64,000 nt of DNA from Candidatus Hydrogenedentota bacterium (lineage in GTDB: Bacteria; Hydrogenedentota; Hydrogenedentia; Hydrogenedentales; SLHB01). The stretch spans positions 1-64,000 of the forward strand of contig CAVUWV010000008.1 of NCBI GenBank assembly GCA_963745075.1, given 5' to 3'. A program made the position numbers and the translations under genes. How positions within the stretch are numbered: the first letter of the stretch is position 1; every line of letters starts with the position of its first letter. The notes beneath the pieces were generated by a model. It worked only from the letters and a program-made list of their open reading frames with translations. It was not told the DNA's origin and made no database searches. Shown in pieces: positions 51,230 to 61,677 of the stretch.

Positions 51230-51628
51230 TTATACACTATTAACGTTTTTATCCGATCGCGTGCGGATGATGGTGAATCCGAGCGCGATCAGTACCAAGT
51301 GGCTGACCAGGAGCCCGAATACGGCCGCAACGAGACCGTGATATTCCCGGTAATCGATCGTGTACGCCCCCACGAGGGCCACGGCGTAGATCCCCATGCG
51401 TACGAACGTCCAACGAAGGATGCGATAGGGTAGCTCAACGGGCGAAATCGTTGCAAACTTCCGGACGCGGGTGCCCATGTGCCAGAACCCGGCGGCACCC
51501 GCCAACCCGCCAATCAGGAACCCCTTCGCGGCCGCCGAATCGTACAGGGCGATGGCGCCCGCACCAGCCGCAGTCAGTGCGACGGTGATCCCGATGGTAA
51601 GGCGGCTGAAGCGGTAAAACGATTCCAC
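51230..51628 (-). CDS. ATP synthase protein I (AtpI/UncI)-like membrane protein
   Basis: 132 aa, 4 TM, GFLIGG and R-containing third helix; upstream of the ATPase operon. Confidence 0.55.
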   Translation of the reverse strand: MESFYRFSRLTIGITVALTAAGAGAIALYDSAAAKGFLIGGLAGAAGFWHMGTRVRKFATISPVELPYRILRWTFVRMGIYAVALVGAYTIDYREYHGLVAAVFGLLVSHLVLIALGFTIIRTRSDKNVNSV

Positions 51629-51887
51629 GCGTCTTCCTTGCGTGAGTCCATTGATGTGAGCCCGAACCCCCTACGATCGAATACCGTGTGCAGTGTACCA
51701 CCGCCGGACACAATCGTGCAAATTTTCACGGGTATTTTTCGTGCACCTTTTGCGGGATCTGCCGGAATCCCCGAGTTGCCTGCGTAGTCCCGGTTGTAAG
51801 CAGCTGCAATTGGCATTACGATCGCCACCACGGGATATTGACGAAAGACGAGTTCGTCTTTACTTGCATCGCAAGAGGAATCCGGTT

Positions 51888-52799
51888 ATGGCAAAAACTG
51901 CGCTGGCATATCGTGACGAAGGGTTGCTCCATGACACGGGTCCGGGACATCCGGAATGTCCCGCGCGGCTCAAGGCGATTATGGATGCATTCGCGGCGGC
52001 GAAGTTGGACCCGCCGCGTGTCGATGTGGCCCCGGCGACGATTGAGGATCTGCTTCGAGTTCACACGCAGGATCATATCGACACGATTCGCAAGACGTGC
52101 GCGGCGAACGCGTCGTATCCCGATCCGGACACGACGATGGTGAAGGCTTCGTGGGACGCGGCGTTGCTTGCGGCGGGTGGCGCGATGGCCTGTTGCGGTG
52201 CGGTGTTGGACGGCGCGTACGATAACGCATTCTCCGCGATGCGTCCGCCGGGACATCATGCCGAATCGGATCGCGCGATGGGATTTTGCTTGTTCAATAA
52301 CGTCGCCGTTGCGGCGCGATGGATGCAAGAAGTCCGCGGTGTCGGTCGCGTCGCCATCCTCGATTGGGACGTGCACCACGGCAACGGCACGCAACACACG
52401 TTTTACAACGACGACTCGGTCTACTACGCGAGCATGCATCAGCATCCCTTGTATCCGGGCACGGGGTTTCCGAACGAACGGGGAAAGAACAACACGAATC
52501 TAAACGTGCAGATGGAATGGGGCAACGGTCCGAAGGAATGGAAGGAAGCGCTCAAGACAAAGATCATTCCCGAGTTCGAGAGCTTTGAACCGGAGTTTCT
52601 GTTGATCTCGTGCGGCTTCGACGCGCATCGCATGGACCCGCTCGCGTCGCAGCGTCTTGAAACGGAAACCTACGCCGAGATGACGCGCATGGTGAAGCAT
52701 CTCGCCGGCGGAAAGATCGTGTCGTTGCTCGAAGGGGGCTACAACCTGGACGCGTTGGGGGAATCGGCGGTCGCGCATTTCAAGGCGCTCGCAGAGTAG
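51888..52799 (+). CDS. Histone deacetylase family protein
   Basis: HPECPARL, RPPGHHA, DWDVHHGNGTQ, GFDAH, LEGGY. Confidence 0.95.
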   Translation: MAKTALAYRDEGLLHDTGPGHPECPARLKAIMDAFAAAKLDPPRVDVAPATIEDLLRVHTQDHIDTIRKTCAANASYPDPDTTMVKASWDAALLAAGGAMACCGAVLDGAYDNAFSAMRPPGHHAESDRAMGFCLFNNVAVAARWMQEVRGVGRVAILDWDVHHGNGTQHTFYNDDSVYYASMHQHPLYPGTGFPNERGKNNTNLNVQMEWGNGPKEWKEALKTKIIPEFESFEPEFLLISCGFDAHRMDPLASQRLETETYAEMTRMVKHLAGGKIVSLLEGGYNLDALGESAVAHFKALAE

Positions 52800-52840
52800 T
52801 TGACGATAGGCCAATCGAGCGGATCGGCTGGATTCACAAA

Positions 52841-53005
52841 AGAACATCCCCCTTGATCCCCCTTCAAAGGGGGAAGCGCGATCAATTCGTCTTGGGTCAT
52901 CTGATTCGTCCCATGCTTGAGGGGCGGGCTTTCGGGTGCCCTCGCCACAACGCAAAGCGTTGTAAAGCTCTCCCCCTTTGAAGGGGGATCGAGGGGGATG
53001 TTCTT
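52841..53005. repeat. REPIN (CCCCCTTCAAAGGGGG family)
   Basis: Inverted ~35-bp arms matching the 42531 copy. Confidence 0.9.
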
Positions 53006-53084
53006 TGGCGGAATAGAGAAACACCACTCACAACCGTTTACAATGACGCGCAGGGGAAACGAAACACAAAGCAGGAGTGATCGC

Positions 53085-54455
53085 GTGGTGAATGCGCTTG
53101 ACCGCTACTTTGGGATTGCCGACGCCGGGTCCACCGTGCGGCGCGAAGTGGTCGGTGGTCTGACCACCTTCGCGACGATGAGTTACATCGTCTTCGTGCA
53201 ACCCACCGTACTGAGTGCTGCGGGCATGCCGTTTGGTTCGGTGTTGCTGGCGACGTGTTTGTCGTCCGCGGTCGCGTGTTTCTTCATGGGACTGCTCGCG
53301 CGGTACCCGTTCGCACTAGCGCCGGGCATGGGCGAGAATTTTTTCTTCGCCTTTACGGTCTGCTCGACCTTTCCCGGGGCCATGGGATTTTCGTGGCAGG
53401 CGGGTCTTGCTATCGTCTTCATCTCCGGTCTGATCTTCTTGGGGTTGTCATTGTTTGGCGTACGCGAACAAGTCCTGCGCGTGTTGCCGGACTGTCTCAA
53501 GAACACCATCGCGCCCGCCATCGGATTCTTCATCTCCTTCGTCGGCCTGCAGTGGGGCGGCATCGTGAAACTCAGCCCGACGACCATGGTGACTATGGGG
53601 GATCTCAGTAACGGTGTGGCGTTAATCACTATCGTAGGCGTGTTTCTTATCGCGACCTTGATGGCGCTCGGTGTGCGGGGCGGCATACTCATCGGCATCG
53701 TTGTGACCTGTGCGCTTGGGCTGATGACGGGCGTGATGCCCTATCCCGAAAGCAAGGTGGAACTTTCTTTCGACACCTTCTTTCACCTGAACTTCGGTGA
53801 ACTCGCGCAACACTGGGACCTCGCGCTCATCGCCATCCTGTTGTTCTTCTTCATGGATCTCTTCGACACGGTCGGCACGTTGCTCGGCGTCAGCCGCCAG
53901 GCCGGATACATCACGGAAGACGGCACCCTGCCCCGCGCGAAACAGGCATTTGTCTCCGACGCGGCCGCGTCGTGCGTGGGGGCCTTGTTCGGCACGTCGA
54001 CCGTCACGTCGTATATCGAAAGCGCGACCGGGGTTGCAGCCGGCGCACGAACCGGCCTTGCAGCAATCGTCACGGGGTGTTGCTTCATCGTTGCCATCTT
54101 CGCGGCTCCGATCGTGCACATCGTCGGCAACGACGTGGGCCCCGCATTCTATGGCACCGGTGCGACGGATCTGCACGTGGCCATGTACCCCGGCGTCGCG
54201 CCCGCGCTGATCATCGTCGGACTGTTGATGATGGCGCCCCTGCGTCGCGTGAACTGGGACGACATCACCGAAAGTCTGCCCGCGTTCTTCACGGTCGCCA
54301 TGATGGTCTTCGGCTTTGCGATTCACGAAGGCATTTCCATCGGCTGCGTAAGCTACGCGGTCATCAAGACTCTCACCGGCCGCTGGAAAGAAGTGCATCC
54401 CGTCATGTACGTCATCGCCCTCGCGCTCATCGCGCGGTATGCGTTTCTGACGTGA
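53085..54455 (+). CDS. NCS2/AzgA-like nucleobase permease
   Basis: GGLTTFATMSYI, APGMG, FDTVGTL, YIESATG, GARTGL. Confidence 0.92.
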   Translation: MVNALDRYFGIADAGSTVRREVVGGLTTFATMSYIVFVQPTVLSAAGMPFGSVLLATCLSSAVACFFMGLLARYPFALAPGMGENFFFAFTVCSTFPGAMGFSWQAGLAIVFISGLIFLGLSLFGVREQVLRVLPDCLKNTIAPAIGFFISFVGLQWGGIVKLSPTTMVTMGDLSNGVALITIVGVFLIATLMALGVRGGILIGIVVTCALGLMTGVMPYPESKVELSFDTFFHLNFGELAQHWDLALIAILLFFFMDLFDTVGTLLGVSRQAGYITEDGTLPRAKQAFVSDAAASCVGALFGTSTVTSYIESATGVAAGARTGLAAIVTGCCFIVAIFAAPIVHIVGNDVGPAFYGTGATDLHVAMYPGVAPALIIVGLLMMAPLRRVNWDDITESLPAFFTVAMMVFGFAIHEGISIGCVSYAVIKTLTGRWKEVHPVMYVIALALIARYAFLT

Positions 54456-54528
54456 GGGAGCTTCCCCGGTTTTTGATGAACTGTCCGTAAGATTGCATGT
54501 GCACGCAAACCAAAAGGGGTAAACACCA

Positions 54529-55959
54529 ATGAGAATCGCGTTGCTGTTCTCGCTTTGTATCATCTTCGGCGTCACGGCATTCGGCCAGGCCATCGACATC
54601 GGCACGCGGTTGGAACCGTTGGTCGATACGTATCTCATCGACGCGATGGACAACGTGGAATTGCAACTGCACCATCCCATTCCGCGGGAGGTGGCGTTGA
54701 CCACGGATGCGCCGTGGGAAGGCAACACGAGTTGCTACGTGACGGTGTTTCAGGACGGCGACCTATTCCGCATGTATTACCGCGGGGCGAACTATGACCT
54801 GAAGACCAAGGAGAGCGACGGGCAACGGGTGTGTTATGCGGAAAGCAGGGACGCGATTCACTGGACGAAGCCGGAACTGAGCATCGTCGAGTATCAGGGG
54901 TCAAAAGCCAATAACATCATTTGGGACGGGGAGGGGTCGCACAACTTCGCGCCGTTCAACGATACAAACCCGGATTGCGCACCGGAGGCAAAATACAAGG
55001 CCGTGGCGAGCGGACCGGACAAGGCGAAGCTGTTGCCGTTTCAATCGGCGGACGGGGTTCACTGGTCGCTGATCCAAACCGAGCCGGTGATCACGGAAGG
55101 CGCGTTCGATTCACAGAACCTCGCGTTCTGGGACAGCGTGCGCGGGCATTACGTCGAGTTTCATCGCGGGTTCAAGGACGGCGTGCGCGCGATCATGACG
55201 TCAACGTCGCCGGACTTCATCCACTGGACCAAGCCGGAGTGGCTCGACTACGGCGACACGCCGCCGGAACACCTGTACACCAACGCGACGATCGCGTATC
55301 CCCGCGCGCCGCACATCTTCATGGCCTTTCCGAAACGCTTCGTGCCGTCGCGCACGGGACAATCTCATCCCATCCCGGGCGTTTCGGACGCGGTGTTTAT
55401 GACGAGTCGTGACGGGTTGCACTGGAACCGCTGGCGCGAAGCCTTCGTGCGTCCGGGGCTGCAGAAATCGCGCTGGGTCAACCGCAACAACATGACCACG
55501 TGGGGCATCCTTCGCACCAAGGGAACATTGCCAGACACGCCGGACGAGTATTCGCTCTATCTCACCGAGGGCTATTACGTCGGGCCCTGCAACTTCCGTC
55601 GGTTTACGATCCGGCAGGACGGGTTCGTTTCGGTCAACGCGCCGGGCGAGGGAGGCGAGTTCACGACGAAAGCGCTTACCTTCGCCGACGATCCCAACGT
55701 GACCGGCGCCGGCGAAACCGAACTCATCATGAACTATTCCACCTCCGCCGCGGGCACGGTTCGCTGCGAGATTCAGGACGAATCGGGCACGCCGATTCCC
55801 GGCTACACGCTGGAAGACTGCGACGAAATCTTCGGCGATGCCATCGAACGGGCGGTGACCTGGAAAGGACAGTCCGAACTGAAAGCGATTGTGGGCAAAC
55901 CGGTGCGGCTGCGGTTTGTGATGAACGATGCGGATGTTTATGCGATCCGGTTTCGATAA
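54529..55959 (+). CDS. Secreted glycoside hydrolase-like beta-propeller protein
   Basis: Signal peptide; Asp-box-like S.DG.HW repeats, FDSQN, DGFVS. Confidence 0.7.
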   Translation: MRIALLFSLCIIFGVTAFGQAIDIGTRLEPLVDTYLIDAMDNVELQLHHPIPREVALTTDAPWEGNTSCYVTVFQDGDLFRMYYRGANYDLKTKESDGQRVCYAESRDAIHWTKPELSIVEYQGSKANNIIWDGEGSHNFAPFNDTNPDCAPEAKYKAVASGPDKAKLLPFQSADGVHWSLIQTEPVITEGAFDSQNLAFWDSVRGHYVEFHRGFKDGVRAIMTSTSPDFIHWTKPEWLDYGDTPPEHLYTNATIAYPRAPHIFMAFPKRFVPSRTGQSHPIPGVSDAVFMTSRDGLHWNRWREAFVRPGLQKSRWVNRNNMTTWGILRTKGTLPDTPDEYSLYLTEGYYVGPCNFRRFTIRQDGFVSVNAPGEGGEFTTKALTFADDPNVTGAGETELIMNYSTSAAGTVRCEIQDESGTPIPGYTLEDCDEIFGDAIERAVTWKGQSELKAIVGKPVRLRFVMNDADVYAIRFR

Positions 55960-56136
55960 GTAGCACGACCACTTGTAGTCGCGCGGTCGCCAACCGCGCA
56001 ATGCCTCGAGATACAGCCCGCGGCTGCCTTACAACAGATGACCCTCGGATGCCGCGCCCACGTTGTCACGAACAGGGAAGCGCGGTAAGATAGGTGGGTG
56101 CGTCGTAGCGCGACGGGCGATATGATAGGTTTCGGT

Positions 56137-56163
56137 CGATTACGATTACGATTACGATTACGA
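56137..56163 (+). repeat. Hexamer tandem repeat (CGATTA)4
   Basis: Direct reading; degenerate relatives at 34884-34910 and 41782-41801. Confidence 0.85.
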
Positions 56164-56197
56164 GAAAGACTATGGGCGGTGACGGAGGATGGTTGTC

Positions 56198-57619
56198 ATG
56201 CGAATGAACCGGAGAGAGTGGTTGCGGAGCGCGGGGTTAGCGGCGGGAGGCGGATTGCTTGCCGATGCCTGCGCGAGCGCTGCGAAGGCCGGAAGTGCGA
56301 ACCGGGGCCGTCCCAACATCATTTACATCATGGCGGACGACCTCGGTTATGGCGACTTGGGGTGTTACGGGCAGGAGGTCATCCAGACCCCGAACATCGA
56401 CCGCATGCGCGCGGAGGGCGTGAAGTTCACGCAATGTTACGCGGGCAGCACGGTGTGCGCGCCGTCGCGGTGTGCGCTGATGACGGGATACCACACGGGC
56501 CACTGCTGGATACGGGGGAACGCGCGAGTTGCGTTGCGTCCGGAAGACGTGACGGTAGCGGAGCTGTTGAAAGCGCAAGGCTACGCGACGGGCCTTATCG
56601 GCAAGTGGGGGCTTGGCAACGAAGACACGACCGGCGTGCCGAACAAGCAAGGGTTCGATTACTTCTTCGGCTATCTCGATCAACGGCACGCGCACAACTA
56701 TTACCCCGACTACTTGTGGCGCAACGAGGAGCGGGTCGAGTTGCCGGAGAATGTGCAAAGCAAAGAGCACAAGGGCGTAGCGGTCGACAAGGTGACCTAC
56801 TCGCACGATCTCTTCGCGCAGGAAGCGTTGGACTTTGTCGAGAAGCATCACGAGGAACCGTTCTTCCTGTACTACGCGCTGACGATTCCGCACGCGAACG
56901 ACGAGGGCGGCTCTGCCACAGGCGACGGTATGGAAGTGCCGGATTACGGCATCTATGCGGACAAGGACTGGCCGAACCCGCAGAAAGGCCACGCCGCGAT
57001 GATTACGCGCATGGACAAAGACATCGGGCGTCTCGTCCAGAAACTGAAAGACCTCGGCATCGATGACAATACCATTGTCTTCTTCACCAGCGACAACGGT
57101 CCGCATAAGGAAGGCGGGGCCGATCCCAAGTTCTTCCATAGCGGCGGCCCGTTGCGCGGGTACAAGCGCGACCTCTACGAAGGCGGCATCCGCGTGCCGA
57201 TGATCGCGCGCTGGCCCGGCAAGCTGAAAGAGGGACAGACCAGCGACCAGGTCTGGGCGTTCTGGGACTTCCTGCCCACGGCCGTCGAGTTGGCGGGCGG
57301 CGACGCGCCGGAAGACATCGACGGAATCTCGATGATGCAGACGTTGCGTCTGCTTGGCCTGGGCGGCATCAAGCCCACGCAGCGCCAGCACGAGTATTTG
57401 TATTGGGAGTTTCACGAACGGGGGTTCTCGCAGGCCGTGCGCAGCGGCGACTGGAAAGCGGTTCGCCTCGGGAAAGACAAACCCATCGAGTTGTACGATC
57501 TCTCCAAAGACATCGGCGAAACGAACAACGTGGCCGACGAGCATCCGGATGTCGCCGCGCGTATGGAAGGCTATTTGAAAGACGCCCGAACCGAAAACGA
57601 GCATTGGCCCGTGAAGTAG
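56198..57619 (+). CDS. Arylsulfatase (FGly-dependent), Tat-exported
   Basis: NRREWL Tat motif, [23 protein letters not shown]. Confidence 0.95.
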   Translation: MRMNRREWLRSAGLAAGGGLLADACASAAKAGSANRGRPNIIYIMADDLGYGDLGCYGQEVIQTPNIDRMRAEGVKFTQCYAGSTVCAPSRCALMTGYHTGHCWIRGNARVALRPEDVTVAELLKAQGYATGLIGKWGLGNEDTTGVPNKQGFDYFFGYLDQRHAHNYYPDYLWRNEERVELPENVQSKEHKGVAVDKVTYSHDLFAQEALDFVEKHHEEPFFLYYALTIPHANDEGGSATGDGMEVPDYGIYADKDWPNPQKGHAAMITRMDKDIGRLVQKLKDLGIDDNTIVFFTSDNGPHKEGGADPKFFHSGGPLRGYKRDLYEGGIRVPMIARWPGKLKEGQTSDQVWAFWDFLPTAVELAGGDAPEDIDGISMMQTLRLLGLGGIKPTQRQHEYLYWEFHERGFSQAVRSGDWKAVRLGKDKPIELYDLSKDIGETNNVADEHPDVAARMEGYLKDARTENEHWPVK

Positions 57620-57702
57620 GGCGCGGGCGATTCACCGTAGTCAGGAACCACCGGTGCAGTTGGGTGCTTCGTGTGCGTTTCGGTTTTGAAAAGAGCCAAA
57701 GA

Positions 57703-57865
57703 AACATCCCCCTTGATCCCCCTTCAAAGGGGGAATTTTCCGTAACGCTTTGCGTTACGCATCTTGGGCCAATGAAGGCCCAAATTTGGATCGGTGCACG
57801 ACAGACCTACCAGTAAACGACACCGAGCAGATTTCCCCCTTTGAAGGGGGATCAAGGGGGATGTT
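57703..57865. repeat. REPIN (CCCCCTTCAAAGGGGG family)
   Basis: Inverted arms as above, between convergent genes. Confidence 0.9.
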
Positions 57866-57970
57866 CTTCTCCACACTTGGAAGCGAAGTGCGTATCAACT
57901 TGCACGACGCACGCGATTGCGGCGCAATCTCATGAGTTCTCGCCTCGCTACGGCGTGTTAGTTTGACGGT

Positions 57971-59158
57971 TCATGCCGTGCGGCGGCCGTTGATGAACAC
58001 GCCCCGGACGTTAGCCTTGTGGCGTTCCTTGGGGCCGGCGAGTTCGAAGACGACGAAGTTGGCCTTCTTGCCGCGCCGGGGGAGTTCAAACCGGTGTCTT
58101 AATCCGAGCAGTTTTGCGGGCACCGTTGACGCCGACGCGAAGGCCTGTTCCAGGGTGAGGTCCGTGTGTTCGGCGGCGTTGATGACGGCCTGCAGCAGCA
58201 CGAGCGAACTTCCCGCCAGCAATTCCGTGCCGGTCAAGCAAATCCGTCCCGTCGGTTTCAGCTCGACCGGTACACCGCCGAGATCGTAATGGCCGGGTTT
58301 GAGTCCGGCGATATGGACCACGTCCGACGTGAGGATCGTGCGATCCGGACCTTTCGCACGCACGAAGGTCTTGAGCACGGGTTCGGGCAAGTGTTCAAGA
58401 TCGGCGATGAAGGAGCAGGTCAGCCGGTCGTCCGCCAGTTGCGGCCAGATGGGATTGAAGTGGCGCTGGATCTGCGCGGCCATGCCGTTGCCGAGATGGG
58501 TTGTGAGGCGCGCGCCCGCGTTGACCGCGCGCGCGATTTGATCGGCGTTGCCGTTGTGGTGGCCCAGCGACACCACGACGCCGCGTTTGGTAACGGCTTT
58601 GATGTAGGCGATGGCGCCCGGCACTTCCGGCGCCACGGTGGTGTAACTGATCTTGCCGTCGGCCGCTTTCATGAGCCGGTCGAATTCGCGGACGCTGGGT
58701 TTGCGCACGTGTTGCGTCGCGTGCGCGCCGCGGGGGCCGTCCATGGGCGAAATGTACGGACCTTCGAGATGGATTCCCGGCACCGCGCGGGCCACGTCTT
58801 TGTCCTGCAATGCTTCCGCAAAGATCCGGCAGCCGTGTTCCATATCTGACTGAGCGCCGGTGATCAAGGTGGGAATCCAATGCGACACGCCGCCCTTGGC
58901 GAGCGCGATGTTGATGCGCGAGAAGTCTTCGGGCACGACTTTGTCGCCCTGAAGATTAACGCCGCCGAATCCGTTGACCTGGATGTCGAAGAGCGTTGGA
59001 CCGACGATCGCGGTTGAGCCGCCGATGTCCGCACGGCCACGGCCCGCAGGGCGGACGGATTGCACCCTGCCGTTGCGTACGACCACGTCGAAGGTTTTCG
59101 TGCCGCCGAGCAGCCTGCCTCGAATCACTACGGTTTCGTCTTTGCCGGGTTGTTTCAT
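57971..59158 (-). CDS. nagA: N-acetylglucosamine-6-phosphate deacetylase-like amidohydrolase
   Basis: DIQVNG, PTLIT, HLEGPYIS, RGAH, APE, THLGNG, LAGS. Confidence 0.85.
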   Translation of the reverse strand: MKQPGKDETVVIRGRLLGGTKTFDVVVRNGRVQSVRPAGRGRADIGGSTAIVGPTLFDIQVNGFGGVNLQGDKVVPEDFSRINIALAKGGVSHWIPTLITGAQSDMEHGCRIFAEALQDKDVARAVPGIHLEGPYISPMDGPRGAHATQHVRKPSVREFDRLMKAADGKISYTTVAPEVPGAIAYIKAVTKRGVVVSLGHHNGNADQIARAVNAGARLTTHLGNGMAAQIQRHFNPIWPQLADDRLTCSFIADLEHLPEPVLKTFVRAKGPDRTILTSDVVHIAGLKPGHYDLGGVPVELKPTGRICLTGTELLAGSSLVLLQAVINAAEHTDLTLEQAFASASTVPAKLLGLRHRFELPRRGKKANFVVFELAGPKERHKANVRGVFINGRRTA

Positions 59159-59306
59159 TGAATCCTCGTATTTGGTGTCGAACGTTTTGCTTTGAACAAT
59201 CGCGAACTGACACGGGCGCGACTATGGTATCGATTTTGGTGAAGCAATGGAAAGACGGTGCGTGGAATTGAACGGCTTCCATGGTTTCAGCGTCGACATG
59301 CGGTGA

Positions 59307-59769
59307 AGAACATCCCCCTTGATCCCCCTTCAAAGGGGGAGTTTTGCCCAACCGGGTTTGTCTGGTGGGTGTTGGCTCTCGCTACGGAGCGAAATCGGCG
59401 GCATCCCCGAATGCGGCGCAACGCAACGCGTTGCCCATGGGGGCAGCCCAGCGTCCTCACGTCGAAGTAAACGCCAGTCCTCAGTCCACAAAACGTGCTT
59501 GCGCAACTCCCCCTTTGAAGGGTTCATCTCCAAAGAATGGGGAGAATTCAAATCCATTGCGGATAGGGTTCACGCCACAAGACCCCCTCCCCGACCCTCC
59601 CCGTGAACGGGGAGGGAGGAGTTTCTCCCCCCGTTCACGGGGGGAGTTAGAGGGGGGGTCTTCTCTTCGGATCTACCCAATGCGAGAGAAATACAGCCAA
59701 GTCCGAACGAAAAATGGTCCCCGGAATTGGGAGATGAACCCTTTGAAGGGGGATCAAGGGGGATGTTCT
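59307..59769. repeat. REPIN (CCCCCTTCAAAGGGGG family) with a MITE in its right arm
   Basis: Left arm 59307-59341; right arm split between 59507-59519 and 59742-59769. Confidence 0.85.
59520..59741. mobile_element. 222-bp MITE with TIRs and 6-bp target duplication
   Basis: TIR GGGTTCATCTCC(A/C)AA (14/15 match); TTTGAA at 59514-59519 and 59742-59747. Confidence 0.75.
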
Positions 59770-59798
59770 GGATCAGGCGGATGGCTGACGTACCCGCG

Positions 59799-60068
59799 TT
59801 AGTTCAACCCGACGAGGAGGGCGAGCAGAAGCAGTCCGGCCAGAAGGACGAGAATCATCATGGCAACAGCGCGCATCCATGCGAAGTTCATCCGAACGTC
59901 ACCGGTGGTGCCCGGCGCGAAGTCCGACGCGTGGCCTTGGTAATACAGGCCGCAGTGTTTGCACTGGGTCGAATCGGCGGGGATGGGGCGTCCGCAACGC
60001 TTGCAAGGAACCAGGTTACCCGTGCCCTCGCGGTAAGTGGTGAAATCGAAGACGTTGTCGTCGTTCAT
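59799..60068 (-). CDS. Small zinc-ribbon membrane protein
   Basis: CKRC..CKHC plus C-terminal TM. Confidence 0.7.
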   Translation of the reverse strand: MNDDNVFDFTTYREGTGNLVPCKRCGRPIPADSTQCKHCGLYYQGHASDFAPGTTGDVRMNFAWMRAVAMMILVLLAGLLLLALLVGLN

Positions 60069-60287
60069 AAGTTTACGCCATCCCGCTTCTGACTACGCTC
60101 GGGCAACCACGTGTCCCGGCCCGTGTAATTCAGGTCGAGTTCTGCCGTAGCCGGCGTTATACTGACGATTCCGCAGAGGTAATATAACAGAAGAACGCGG
60201 CACCGGGGTCAATTCTTCCGAAACCGTACACGGCGTCACGGGTTCCCGGTCTTACGAGACCTCCATTTTCGGGGAGAGTATTCAGGA

Positions 60288-61385
60288 ATGAATGAACGAA
60301 TCCGTGTTGCGGTTATCTTCGGCGGGAAATCCGCGGAACACGAAGTTTCGCTACAATCCGCCAAGAACGTGATCGACGCGATGGACAAGACGCGCTATGA
60401 GGTCGTGCCCATCGGCATCACGAAGGATGGGAGCTGGCGTCTCGGACAGGATTCGCAGTATCTGCTTCACGCGGACAATCCGAAGCTGATCGCGCTGAAC
60501 CATTCCGATGACGGCGTGGCCTTCGTGCCGGCCGAAGGGGAGAAAAGCCTCTTGCGCGTGGACGGCCGGGAAACGCTGCCGCCGGTGGACGTTGTGTTTC
60601 CCGTGCTGCACGGTCCCCTGGGGGAAGACGGAACCATACAGGGTTTGCTGAAGCTGGCCGAAATGCCTTTCGTGGGGGCAAGCGTTCTTGCGTCTTCGGT
60701 GGGGATGGATAAGGACGTCACCAAACGGTTGCTACGGGATGCGGGACTTCCCATCGCCAAGTTCGTGACGATACGCCACGGCAACGAACCGGATGTTGCG
60801 AAGATCGAAGCTGAAATCGGGATGCCCTGCTTTGTGAAACCGTCGAATTTGGGATCGTCGGTCGGTGTCAGCAAAGTCGAAAACCTGGCGGACTTGGCCG
60901 AAGCGATTCGGAACGCGTTTTCCTACGATCGCAAAGTGTTGATTGAGGAATGCGTCGCGGGACGCGAAATCGAGTGTTCCGTACTTGGTAACGAGCAACC
61001 CCGCGCCTCGATTCCGGGGGAAATCGTTCCGCATGCCGAGTTCTATTCCTACGAGGCCAAATACATCGACGAGAACGGCGCGGAACTCATCATCCCTGCG
61101 GACCTTCCGGTTGAGACTACGTCCAAGGTTCAGGATCTTGCGATCCGCGCGTTTCAGGCGATTGAGTGCGAGGGCATGGCGCGTGTCGACATGTTTCTGC
61201 GGAGTAACGGCGAATTGGTTTTGAATGAGATCAACACGATTCCCGGCTTCACGCGGATCAGCATGTATCCCAAACTGTGGGAGGCGTCGGGATTGACGTA
61301 TCCGCAACTGATCGATGCGTTGATTCAGCTTGCCCTGGAACGGCACCGGCGCGACGAAGGGCTGAAGACGACTTACGATTCGTGA
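60288..61385 (+). CDS. ddl: D-alanine--D-alanine ligase
   Basis: GGKSAEHEVS, LHGPLGEDG, GSSVG, FYSYEAKY, NEINTIPG. Confidence 0.96.
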   Translation: MNERIRVAVIFGGKSAEHEVSLQSAKNVIDAMDKTRYEVVPIGITKDGSWRLGQDSQYLLHADNPKLIALNHSDDGVAFVPAEGEKSLLRVDGRETLPPVDVVFPVLHGPLGEDGTIQGLLKLAEMPFVGASVLASSVGMDKDVTKRLLRDAGLPIAKFVTIRHGNEPDVAKIEAEIGMPCFVKPSNLGSSVGVSKVENLADLAEAIRNAFSYDRKVLIEECVAGREIECSVLGNEQPRASIPGEIVPHAEFYSYEAKYIDENGAELIIPADLPVETTSKVQDLAIRAFQAIECEGMARVDMFLRSNGELVLNEINTIPGFTRISMYPKLWEASGLTYPQLIDALIQLALERHRRDEGLKTTYDS

Positions 61386-61677
61386 CGGTCCAGTCCCCGA
61401 TTAGAATTGTGGCTCGAACAAACCCTTTCGCGGGATCAGGCTCCCTATGTCGTCCCGGTATGTGGTGATATCGAAGACATAGTTGTCTTCTCCTCTTACA
61501 GGGGCTGCCGGTAGGATCGCCATAGTTGGATTGTGCCCGCCGCAAGACAGAAACCTCCAAGAAGCCACCACAGCCCCCTGAACGCCCGGTGCGCGTCCGC
61601 ATCCCAAAGCAAATTTGTCGTGACTAAACAACCAAGCACAACCAGAAAGATGGCTCGGACGCGCATGTCACCTCCCG

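Noticed and set aside
2881..57604. Long antisense or alternate-frame ORFs (e.g. 2881-4101, 3298-4521, 32619-34295, 48633-50141, 56237-57604)
   Set aside because: Shadows of real genes in GC-rich DNA with no recognisable motifs
42531..59769. CRISPR array from the recurring ~35-bp repeats
   Set aside because: Repeats occur as dispersed inverted pairs, not direct repeats with regular spacers; no cas genes
60288..61385. VanA/VanB-type D-Ala-D-Lac ligase
   Set aside because: Omega loop FYSYEAKY is the D-Ala-D-Ala type and there are no van genes nearby
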